Assembly (NCBI GenBank): GCA_965216195.1 | Contig: OZ244151.1 | Coordinates: forward strand, 2,510,761 to 2,574,760 | Direction: 5' to 3' | From: Aridibacter sp. | GTDB taxonomy: Bacteria; Acidobacteriota; Blastocatellia; Pyrinomonadales; Pyrinomonadaceae | DNA length: 64,000 bases | In this document: positions 47,676 to 54,966 of the stretch, piece by piece | How positions within the stretch are numbered: the first letter of the stretch is position 1 | How the letters are laid out: each line of letters starts with the position of its first letter | Translations under genes and position numbers: made by a program | The notes under the pieces: model-generated | Told to the model about the DNA's origin: nothing | The model's database searches: none | The model's input: only the letters and a program-made list of their open reading frames with translations

Positions 47676-49118
47676 TTACGGATAAGTATAGGGCGCCTGG
47701 AGGCCGAGCGGGATTCCAAGCAGCCAGTAAATAATTAGGAAGATCACCCAGGTGACAAAGAATGCGATCGAATAAGGCAGCATTAACGAAACCACCGTAC
47801 CGATCCCCGTATCTTTCACATATTTTTGCGCGAATACTACAACCAGCGGGAAGTAAGGCATCAGCGGTGTGATGATGTTTGTCGTTGAATCCGAAACCCT
47901 GTAGGCGGCCTGGGCCAATTCTGGCGAGATGCCCAATTGCATAAGCATCGGGACAAAGATCGGCGCAAGCAAAGCCCATTTCGCGGAAGCCGAAGGCGAA
48001 GAAAATGACGTCAACTGCGGCGAAACCTGAACAGAACTCGCAGCTACAGCAGCTGCATAGGTTTTCATTTCCTCGTCACTGAATTTTGCCGCTTTAAGCG
48101 CATCTTCAAAACCTTTCTTACCAAAAATCTCGCGGTCTTTTATTGTTTCCGCCTTCTTTAAGACTTCCCGGTCAATCTCTGTCTTTCCGAGTTTCTCAAA
48201 AGACTCTTTTGTGAGACTGTAGCTGACCGGTGAACGCATCGGTGAGCTCTGCGGAATCGAAACAGCCGCCAAAATTATCAAGCCAAGCAGCAAAGTAATT
48301 ACACCAGCCCAAAGTCCGCGTTTCTCGTTTGCACCAAGCGACTCCATTTTCGGCATGTCGCTCGCATCGCCGTCAACTTCGACTCCTTTGAGCCTCGGTT
48401 CAATTATCCGGTCGGTTACATACCAGCCAACCGCTACAATCAGCACGCAGGAGGCGGACATAAAAAACCAATTGCTAAGCGGATTAACGGCCCGCGCCGG
48501 ATCAATGATCTGAGCCGCCTGCTGTGTCAGTCCCGAAATCAAAGGATCAAGGGAGTTTGGGATAAAATTCGCACTAAAGCCGCCCGAAACACCGGCGAAG
48601 GTGGCTGCGATTCCCGCAAGCGGATGTCTTCCCGCAGTGTAAAAGATCACGGCACCAAGCGGAATAACCAGTACGTATCCGGCATCGGCGGCAATATTGC
48701 TCATCACTCCAACCAAAACAAGCATTGGCGTTAATACCTTCGCAGGTGTGAAGTTGAGCAAAGCCTTAAGCGATGCATTTATGAATCCGGTGTGCTCCGC
48801 GACCCCTACTCCAAGCAGGGCGACAAGTACGACACCAAGCGGATGAAAACTTGTAAACGTCGTCACCATATTTGATAAAAATGAAGCGATAGACGTTCCG
48901 GTGAGTTGATTGTTAATGACAATCGGCTGCCCATTTCGCGGATCAATCTCGGAAAAGGTCATATTTGACAAAAACATTGACAACAGCCAGACCACAATCA
49001 TCAGAACAAAGAAAAGCACTGCCGGATCGGGCAATTTGTTACCAATCTTCTCGATCGAATTCAGTATTCTCATCATCAAAGATGAATTTGTCGCCGTTTG
49101 CTTTGTTTCTTCTGACAT
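47676..49118 (-). CDS. AbgT-family transporter with atypical hydrophilic central segment
   Basis: N-terminal LNSIEKIGNKLPDPAVLFFVL and C-terminal SASAKWALLAPIFVPMLMQLG...TNIITPLMPYFP are AbgT hallmarks. Residues ~298-377 are charged and lack TM character. Confidence 0.75.
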   Translation of the reverse strand: MSEETKQTATNSSLMMRILNSIEKIGNKLPDPAVLFFVLMIVVWLLSMFLSNMTFSEIDPRNGQPIVINNQLTGTSIASFLSNMVTTFTSFHPLGVVLVALLGVGVAEHTGFINASLKALLNFTPAKVLTPMLVLVGVMSNIAADAGYVLVIPLGAVIFYTAGRHPLAGIAATFAGVSGGFSANFIPNSLDPLISGLTQQAAQIIDPARAVNPLSNWFFMSASCVLIVAVGWYVTDRIIEPRLKGVEVDGDASDMPKMESLGANEKRGLWAGVITLLLGLIILAAVSIPQSSPMRSPVSYSLTKESFEKLGKTEIDREVLKKAETIKDREIFGKKGFEDALKAAKFSDEEMKTYAAAVAASSVQVSPQLTSFSSPSASAKWALLAPIFVPMLMQLGISPELAQAAYRVSDSTTNIITPLMPYFPLVVVFAQKYVKDTGIGTVVSLMLPYSIAFFVTWVIFLIIYWLLGIPLGLQAPYTYP

Positions 49119-49147
49119 ATTTCCTTTCCCGGTTTGTTACGTTTCTT

Positions 49148-50614
49148 TTACCTACCTGCTCCTGCCAATTCAACCGATTCACCAAAAAGTTTTTTATGAA
49201 TACCGATCGCTGCAAGCTTTCCTGCCTGTGATGCATCAACCGCTTCCGCACCGCCGTTTACACAGTCGCCGCCCGCAAAGATTGCCGGATCTGATGTCTG
49301 CATGTTTTCATTTACTTTCGCACGCCCTTTTTCGTCAAACTCGATTCCAAGTTCTGCGAGAAAACCCTTTTGCTTTTTCTGTCCAATCGCTTTGATAACC
49401 ATGTCGCAAGGTATTTCAAAGATCTCACCGGAGCCATCATTTCTTTTGCACTTCATTCCCGCGACCCGTCCCTCGCCAAAAATTTCAATCGGAAATGCCT
49501 GCCAGACGAATTCGACTCCATCACTTTTTGCAAGTTCGTATTCGTAATCATAAGCGGATATATCTTTTTCGGTTTTTCGATAAACGATCATTACCTTTTC
49601 GGCGCCGAGTCGCTTCGCCTGAGTAACCGCATCAATCGCCGTATTTCCTGCTCCAATCACCGCGACCGTCTTACCAAGCGGAACAGACTCCCAGTCGCGC
49701 GTCTTGATCTTCTCAATAAAATCCAGAGCTTCCCAAACGCCTTCGAGACATTCGCCTTCGATATTTAGATCGTTTGAGCTGCCCAGCCCAATACCAAGAA
49801 AAATTGCGTCGTGCTCAGAACGCAGGCTCTCGATGGAACACAGGCTGCCAGCCTGCACCGCGTTCTCCGAACGCGAGTTCCCGTCCACTGTTTCCCCGGA
49901 ATGAAGGCTGCCGGCCTGCAATGAGTTCGAAGAACTCGAATCTTCTTCCGCAACAATAGAAGTATTCAGCTTAAACTCCACACCAAGTTTTTCAATCATC
50001 TTCACTTCTTCAAGAGAATCCGCCTGAGTCATTTTATACTCCGCCATCCCGTAGGTGTCGAGTCCGCCAGCAAGCGGCTTTTTCTCGTAAACCGTTACAG
50101 CATAACCCAAACGTGCTAAGTAAGTTGCACAAGAAAGTCCGGCAGGACCAGAGCCGACGATCCCGATCGATTTTCCGTTTGACTCACCTTTTTCAAAAAG
50201 CTGATTGCCGTTTTCAATCGCGCAATCGGTCGCATATCTCTGCAAACGTCCGATCTCAATCGGTTTTTCAACCAAAGTTTTTTCCACACACGCACCTTCG
50301 CAAAGTGCCTCGACAGGACAAACCCTTGCACAGCTTCCGCCAATCGGATTCGCGTCAAAAATCACCCGTGCTGACCCGGTCAGATTATCGCTAGCAATTT
50401 TTTTGATAAATGAAGGAACGTCAATGTGTGTCGGACAGGCTTTAGTGCAAGGAGCGTCGTAACAATAAAGACAGCGATTCGCCTCAACCAAAGCCTCAGC
50501 CTTCGTCATTGCCGGGTTAATGTCAGCAAAATTCCTTTCGATTTTTTGTTTGCTGAATTTAGTCATGTGTCTTGAAGTTTGACAGTAAAACAGACTGTTA
50601 GTCTGTTTTCCCAT
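49148..50614 (-). CDS. preT: Dihydropyrimidine dehydrogenase PreT-like subunit (GltD-like FAD/NAD(P) oxidoreductase with N-terminal 4Fe-4S helical domain)
   Basis: CLYCYDAPCTKACPTHIDVPSFI matches the DPD domain I pattern. Dinucleotide motifs IGIVGSGPAG and VAVIGAGNTA. Genomic context is pyrimidine catabolism. Confidence 0.75.
   Translation of the reverse strand: MGKQTNSLFYCQTSRHMTKFSKQKIERNFADINPAMTKAEALVEANRCLYCYDAPCTKACPTHIDVPSFIKKIASDNLTGSARVIFDANPIGGSCARVCPVEALCEGACVEKTLVEKPIEIGRLQRYATDCAIENGNQLFEKGESNGKSIGIVGSGPAGLSCATYLARLGYAVTVYEKKPLAGGLDTYGMAEYKMTQADSLEEVKMIEKLGVEFKLNTSIVAEEDSSSSNSLQAGSLHSGETVDGNSRSENAVQAGSLCSIESLRSEHDAIFLGIGLGSSNDLNIEGECLEGVWEALDFIEKIKTRDWESVPLGKTVAVIGAGNTAIDAVTQAKRLGAEKVMIVYRKTEKDISAYDYEYELAKSDGVEFVWQAFPIEIFGEGRVAGMKCKRNDGSGEIFEIPCDMVIKAIGQKKQKGFLAELGIEFDEKGRAKVNENMQTSDPAIFAGGDCVNGGAEAVDASQAGKLAAIGIHKKLFGESVELAGAGR
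49835..49928. repeat. Two intragenic palindromic repeat cores, 63 bp apart, in frame within preT
   Basis: GGAACACAGGCTGCCAGCCTGCACCGCGTTC (49835-49865) and GGAATGAAGGCTGCCGGCCTGCAATGAGTTC (49898-49928). Core palindrome CAGGCTG-C-CAGCCTG. They are translated as VQAGSLCS and LQAGSLHS. Confidence 0.55.
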
Positions 50615-50679
50615 TCACCCGCTCCTAATTTTGCCCTTCATTTAGATGCCCAGTAAATGAACAGACTAACAGTCTGTTC
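50589..50679. repeat. Pair of REP-like hairpins
   Basis: AACAGACT-GTT-AGTCTGTT (50589-50607) and GAACAGACT-AAC-AGTCTGTTC (50659-50679). Each is preceded by CAGTAAA. The second overlaps the RidA stop codon. Confidence 0.6.
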
Positions 50680-51065
50680 TACAATTCCGCATCCGCTTCG
50701 ATCTCGATCAGCATCTTCGGATCGATCAATTTCGAAACTTCAACCATTGTAGTAGCCGGCATAATCCCACTAAAAAATTCGCCGTGCGCTTTTCCGTATT
50801 CTTCCCAACGCGAAATATCCGTTACAAACATCCGCGTCCGCACAACATTTTCAAGCGAAGCATCCAAAGCGGACAAAGCCTTTTCAATATTCTTGATTAC
50901 CTGAATCGTCTGAGTATAAGCATCGCCTTCACCAACAATCTCACCGTTTTCATCCGTCGCCGTCGTTCCGGTTACATAAATCCGCTCACCAACTTTCACC
51001 GCACGCGAATATCCAACAATCGATTCCCACTTTTGTCCCGATGAATATTTCTGTCGCTCCCGCAT
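50679..51065 (-). CDS. RidA/YjgF family enamine/imine deaminase-like protein
   Basis: 128 aa, with ...YSRAVKVGERIYVTGT... and ...ARTMVEVSKL...IEIEA, typical of the family. Confidence 0.85.
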   Translation of the reverse strand: MRERQKYSSGQKWESIVGYSRAVKVGERIYVTGTTATDENGEIVGEGDAYTQTIQVIKNIEKALSALDASLENVVRTRMFVTDISRWEEYGKAHGEFFSGIMPATTMVEVSKLIDPKMLIEIEADAEL

Positions 51066-51856
51066 TATCGCCTGACCTTTACAAAATACTTTCCGTTAAA
51101 CCAATAAGTGATTTTGCGTTTCGTAACCTCACCCTGCCGAAACTTCTTGTTTTCAATAACAACCGGGAATTTGATTTTCCTGGTTTTCTCGTCATATTCA
51201 AATAGTCGATTTGGCCTTTTAGATCTATCAACCACCGAAAAGAAGTCATATGAAAACCCGATCGAATCGGTCATGCCAGAACGGGTCTTGATCATTTTGG
51301 GGTTAGAGAGCGTCTTCTTTCCAATCCTAAACAGGAGTATCGTTTGTCCCCTGAGCGAGGTGGATAAAACCGAAGTAGAAGTTGCCAAATAGATTTTACC
51401 GGTTCGCGTCTGTAGGCTGGAAATCTCAGTAAAAAACCCGTTAGCGTTACCCTCTTCGGAGTTTCCTTTGGCGTGCACCTTCCCGTCGCGTCCAATGTAC
51501 TGAAAAACATTCTCATAAAAATGCATTGTCCCTCCCGAGTGTGTGTCCCAGGAATAAATCCTAAAACGCCCGTCGGAAGACGTTACGATTTTGAGAAAAT
51601 CCTTAAGCTCCTGAAATTCAAAGTTGATTGTCGAGCGCTCAATAGATGTATATTTTAAAAGCGCTTTTCGAAACGCTTTGTTGGCTACGGAGAGTTTGTC
51701 GCCATCATAGGTAGGACGATACGCCGACCAATTTTCGATTTCCTGGTAGAGCCCAACGAGTTCGGCATCAATATCATCGAGTTTCTTCTGACCAACAACG
51801 GAAACCGCGCTTGCCAAAAAAGTTACTGCGATCAAAAATCCAAAAAATTTTTTCAT
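51065..51856 (-). CDS. Secreted hypothetical protein (A+T-rich orphan)
   Basis: Signal peptide MKKFFGFLIAVTFLASAVSVVG. Its stop overlaps the RidA start as TAATG. No motif recognised. Confidence 0.65.
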   Translation of the reverse strand: MKKFFGFLIAVTFLASAVSVVGQKKLDDIDAELVGLYQEIENWSAYRPTYDGDKLSVANKAFRKALLKYTSIERSTINFEFQELKDFLKIVTSSDGRFRIYSWDTHSGGTMHFYENVFQYIGRDGKVHAKGNSEEGNANGFFTEISSLQTRTGKIYLATSTSVLSTSLRGQTILLFRIGKKTLSNPKMIKTRSGMTDSIGFSYDFFSVVDRSKRPNRLFEYDEKTRKIKFPVVIENKKFRQGEVTKRKITYWFNGKYFVKVRR

Positions 51857-51886
51857 CCTTAGTTCCTGCTTTCGAATTGCCTTTGT

Positions 51887-52756
51887 CTAATCCGCTACCA
51901 ATGAATCGTAACTATCCGGTCTGCGATCCCGATAAAACTGCCAAGTATTGCGGACGTCTTTAATTTTATCCATATCCAAATCTGCAACAACCAACTCGTC
52001 CTTATCTCTTGAAGCTTCTGCTAAAAACTGTCCGCGCGGATCGCAGAAATAACTCTGCCCGTAAAACTCACCTATGTCCCAAGGCTGTTCGTGCCCGACG
52101 CGGTTTATAGCACCGACAAAATAACCATTCGCGACGGCGTGAGCTGGTTGTTCCAGTTTCCAGAGATATTCGCTCAAGCCCGCAACGGTTGCCGAAGGAT
52201 TAAAAATTATCTCCGCACCGTTTAACCCTAAAGCTCTTGCGCCTTCGGGAAAATGTCGGTCATAGCATATGTAAACGCCAATCCTTGCAAAAGCTGTATC
52301 AAAACAAGGATAACCAAGATTGCCGGGGCGAAAATAGAATTTTTCCCAAAAACCCGGAGCAACATGCGGAATATGATTTTTGCGATATTTCCCCAAAAAC
52401 TTGCCATCGGCATCAATCACCGCCGCCGAATTGTAATAAATGCCCGACATTTCCTCTTCGTAAATCGGCACGATCAACACCATTCCGTGTTCTTTCGCAA
52501 CCGATTGCATCATTTGCACAGTCGGCCCATCCGGAATTTTCTCGACCGCTTCATACCACTTCGTTTCCTGTTCCGCACAAAAATACGGCGTTGTAAAAAT
52601 CTCCTGAAAACAAAGCATCTGAACGTCTTGCTCTGCCGCTTCCTCAACAAACTTCATTTGATGCTCGATGTTTGCTTTCTTAATCTCTTCAATCGAAGCA
52701 TCCACCGAACCTTGATTCGCCGCTTGTATGAGTCCTGCTTTTATTATTCTTGACAT
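51887..52756 (-). CDS. Beta-ureidopropionase (nitrilase-superfamily, eukaryote-like type)
   Basis: CFQEIF (Glu), YRKNHIP (Lys) and ICYDRHFPE (Cys) form the catalytic triad. GAEIIFNPSAT and AINRVG closely resemble animal/plant beta-alanine synthase. Confidence 0.85.
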   Translation of the reverse strand: MSRIIKAGLIQAANQGSVDASIEEIKKANIEHQMKFVEEAAEQDVQMLCFQEIFTTPYFCAEQETKWYEAVEKIPDGPTVQMMQSVAKEHGMVLIVPIYEEEMSGIYYNSAAVIDADGKFLGKYRKNHIPHVAPGFWEKFYFRPGNLGYPCFDTAFARIGVYICYDRHFPEGARALGLNGAEIIFNPSATVAGLSEYLWKLEQPAHAVANGYFVGAINRVGHEQPWDIGEFYGQSYFCDPRGQFLAEASRDKDELVVADLDMDKIKDVRNTWQFYRDRRPDSYDSLVAD

Positions 52757-52765
52757 AATTTTGTT

Positions 52766-53415
52766 GCCGCGGATTAACGCGGAGAAACGCGGATCGAAAA
52801 AAAAGAAAAGTCCGAAAGTAGTTTGAATTTCTTATTTCTTATTCGCTGATATCCATGACGGTTCTTCCTCAGTCTTCTTCTAGTAAAGGCGCCATCTTCA
52901 CCTTCGAAATCGCCCTACTTCTTTCCTGTTATTATCAAATGCAAATCTCTCAAATTCTGGTTTCCGGCCAAAATTGAACAAAAGTCCAACCTCTATTTCG
53001 GTAGCCCGCAAATAATTCAATATCTGAGCTCGATGCGCCTCTGCAATTCGTTTTACCGCTTTTAGTTCGAGTATCGCAACATTATCAATAACCAAATCCG
53101 CCTCGAAACGACCTATCTGCTGATCTCTAAACCAAACGGGAATTTCAACCTGCCGTTTAACGCCGAACCCCTTCTGATCAAGGACGATAAAAAAAGCCTT
53201 CTCGTAAACCGATTCCAAAAACCCATATCCCAGTTCATTATAAACTTCGTAGAATGTTCCAATTACCTTTTCGGTGAGGTGGAAATGCTTCAACACTTTT
53301 TTTCTCCTTTTTATTTTCTTAAGATTCTCTTCTTTCCTAAATTTCCCTCATTGTCTTTTCACTTCTATTCATTCTCCGCTTTTCTAAATCCGCGTCTTCC
53401 GCGTTAATCCGCGGC
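52766..53415. mobile_element. GxxExxY gene cassette bounded by ~28-nt inverted repeats
   Basis: GCCGCGGATTAACGCGGAGAAACGCGGAT (52766-52794) faces ATCCGCGTCTTCCGCGTTAATCCGCGGC (53388-53415). The arms share 18+6 identical nt around a 4/5-nt variable core. Confidence 0.55.
52898..53296 (-). CDS. GxxExxY protein (PD-(D/E)XK nuclease-fold family)
   Basis: GFLESVYEKA (the GxxExxY motif), then ...EADLVIDNVAILELKAV... (D..E.K core). GTG start with AAGGAG 7-8 nt upstream. Confidence 0.88.
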   Translation of the reverse strand: MLKHFHLTEKVIGTFYEVYNELGYGFLESVYEKAFFIVLDQKGFGVKRQVEIPVWFRDQQIGRFEADLVIDNVAILELKAVKRIAEAHRAQILNYLRATEIEVGLLFNFGRKPEFERFAFDNNRKEVGRFRR

Positions 53416-53423
53416 CAAACTCC

Positions 53424-54881
53424 TTAACTCATCCAATTTATCCCAGCCTCAGCATTCCACTTCGTCGTCGTTTTCTTGAGCTTTGTCCAAAATTCTATCG
53501 AACTTTTGCCCGTAATGTCATTCGCTCCAAAGCGAGATTCGTTCCAACCTCCGAATGAAAATGGCTCCCTTGGAACGGGAACGCCGATGTTTACTCCGAC
53601 CATTCCCGCCGATGCTTTTTCCATTACGTATCTAGCCATTCCGCCGTTTTGCGTGTACACAGAAGAAGCGTTGCCGTATGGATTACCATTTTCGACTTTG
53701 ATCGCATCATCAACCGTTTCGCTACGCATAATAGAAATTACGGGACCGAAAATTTCTTCGGTCGCAACGGACATTTCGGGCGTTACAAAATCAATCACAG
53801 TTGGTCCGACATAAGTGCCGTCTTCCTTGCCTTCGACAGTTGCTCCACGTCCATCAACTAAAATTTTCGCACCGTCTTTTTCGGCTTGTGTGATGTAACC
53901 TTCGATGCGTTCCTTTGCTTCTCTAGAAATTACTGCCCCGAGATTTTCACCCGGCACAATTGTTTTTGCTTGATTACAAATTCCTTCGATAATCGAGTCA
54001 ACATTTCCAACTGCGAGCATCGCCGATGCCGCCATACAACGCTGCCCCGCACAGCCCGACATCGAAGCCGTTACGTCATTTGCGGTCATAGTTGGATTTG
54101 CGTCTGGCAAAACGAAAAGGTGATTTTTCGCACCGCCGAGTGCAATGCATCGTTTCAAATTATCAGTCGCTTTTCGGTAAACAATTTTTGCAACTTTGGT
54201 CGAACCAACAAAGCTAACCGCCTCAATATCTTCGTTCGAACAAATTCCTTCGACGATTTCTTTTCCGCCGTTGATGACATTAAAAACGCCGTCGGGAAGC
54301 CCTGCTTCTTGCAGTAATTCAGCCATTCTCTGAACCGAAAGCGGCACTAGTTCCGAGGGTTTCATAATCATCGTGTTGCCGAGGGCGAGGGCGTTCGGCA
54401 TCGTCCAATTCGGCACCATAAAAGGAAAATTAAACGGCACGATTGAAGCGACGACGCCAAGCGGAAAATGTTCTGTCCGGCATTCGACACCTTTTGAAAC
54501 TTCCAAAACTTCGCCCGAAACCAACTGCGGCATCGAGCAAGCAAACTCCGTTAACTCAATTGACTTTTCAACCTCTGCTCTCGCTTCGCCCAAAGTTTTA
54601 CCGTTTTCTTCCGTAACCAAATTTGTAAGTTCATCCAAATTCTCTTCGAGCAACTGTCTATATTTGAAAAACACCTGAACGCGTTCTTTTATAGGTTGAT
54701 TGCTCCAACTTTCAAAAGCGTTCTTTGCCGATTGAACGGCTTTATTTAACTCATCATCTGTTGACATTGGAACTTTCGATAAATGATTCCCGTCGATTGG
54801 TGAAACAACATCGAGATTTTTATCGGAACTGCTTTCGACGGATTCGCCGTTGTAATAATTTTTAACAATTTCGTATTTCAT
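53424..54881 (-). CDS. mmsA: CoA-acylating (methyl)malonate-semialdehyde dehydrogenase
   Basis: ALGGAKNH and the catalytic Cys context CAGQRCMA are characteristic of the MMSDH branch of aldehyde dehydrogenases. Confidence 0.88.
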   Translation of the reverse strand: MKYEIVKNYYNGESVESSSDKNLDVVSPIDGNHLSKVPMSTDDELNKAVQSAKNAFESWSNQPIKERVQVFFKYRQLLEENLDELTNLVTEENGKTLGEARAEVEKSIELTEFACSMPQLVSGEVLEVSKGVECRTEHFPLGVVASIVPFNFPFMVPNWTMPNALALGNTMIMKPSELVPLSVQRMAELLQEAGLPDGVFNVINGGKEIVEGICSNEDIEAVSFVGSTKVAKIVYRKATDNLKRCIALGGAKNHLFVLPDANPTMTANDVTASMSGCAGQRCMAASAMLAVGNVDSIIEGICNQAKTIVPGENLGAVISREAKERIEGYITQAEKDGAKILVDGRGATVEGKEDGTYVGPTVIDFVTPEMSVATEEIFGPVISIMRSETVDDAIKVENGNPYGNASSVYTQNGGMARYVMEKASAGMVGVNIGVPVPREPFSFGGWNESRFGANDITGKSSIEFWTKLKKTTTKWNAEAGINWMS

Positions 54882-54890
54882 AAATTTATT

Positions 54891-54958
54891 AACCGCAAAG
54901 GACGCGAAGAACGCAAAGTTTATTATAGATCCTTAGCGACCGTTGCGACCTTCGCGGT
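54891..54958. repeat. Empty word-repeat palindromic element filling the NCS1-mmsA spacer
   Basis: AACCGCAAAGGACGCGAAGAACGCAAAG (54891-54918) faces CCTTAGCGACCGTTGCGACCTTCGCGGT (54931-54958). The outer 10 nt pair with one mismatch. Confidence 0.5.
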
Positions 54959-54966
54959 AATTTCTC

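Noticed and set aside
47988-48227. Frameshift or local inversion as the explanation for the hydrophilic core of the AbgT gene.
   Set aside because: I translated the other two minus-strand frames and the plus-strand frames across this segment. All terminate within about 25 codons and none encodes hydrophobic helices.
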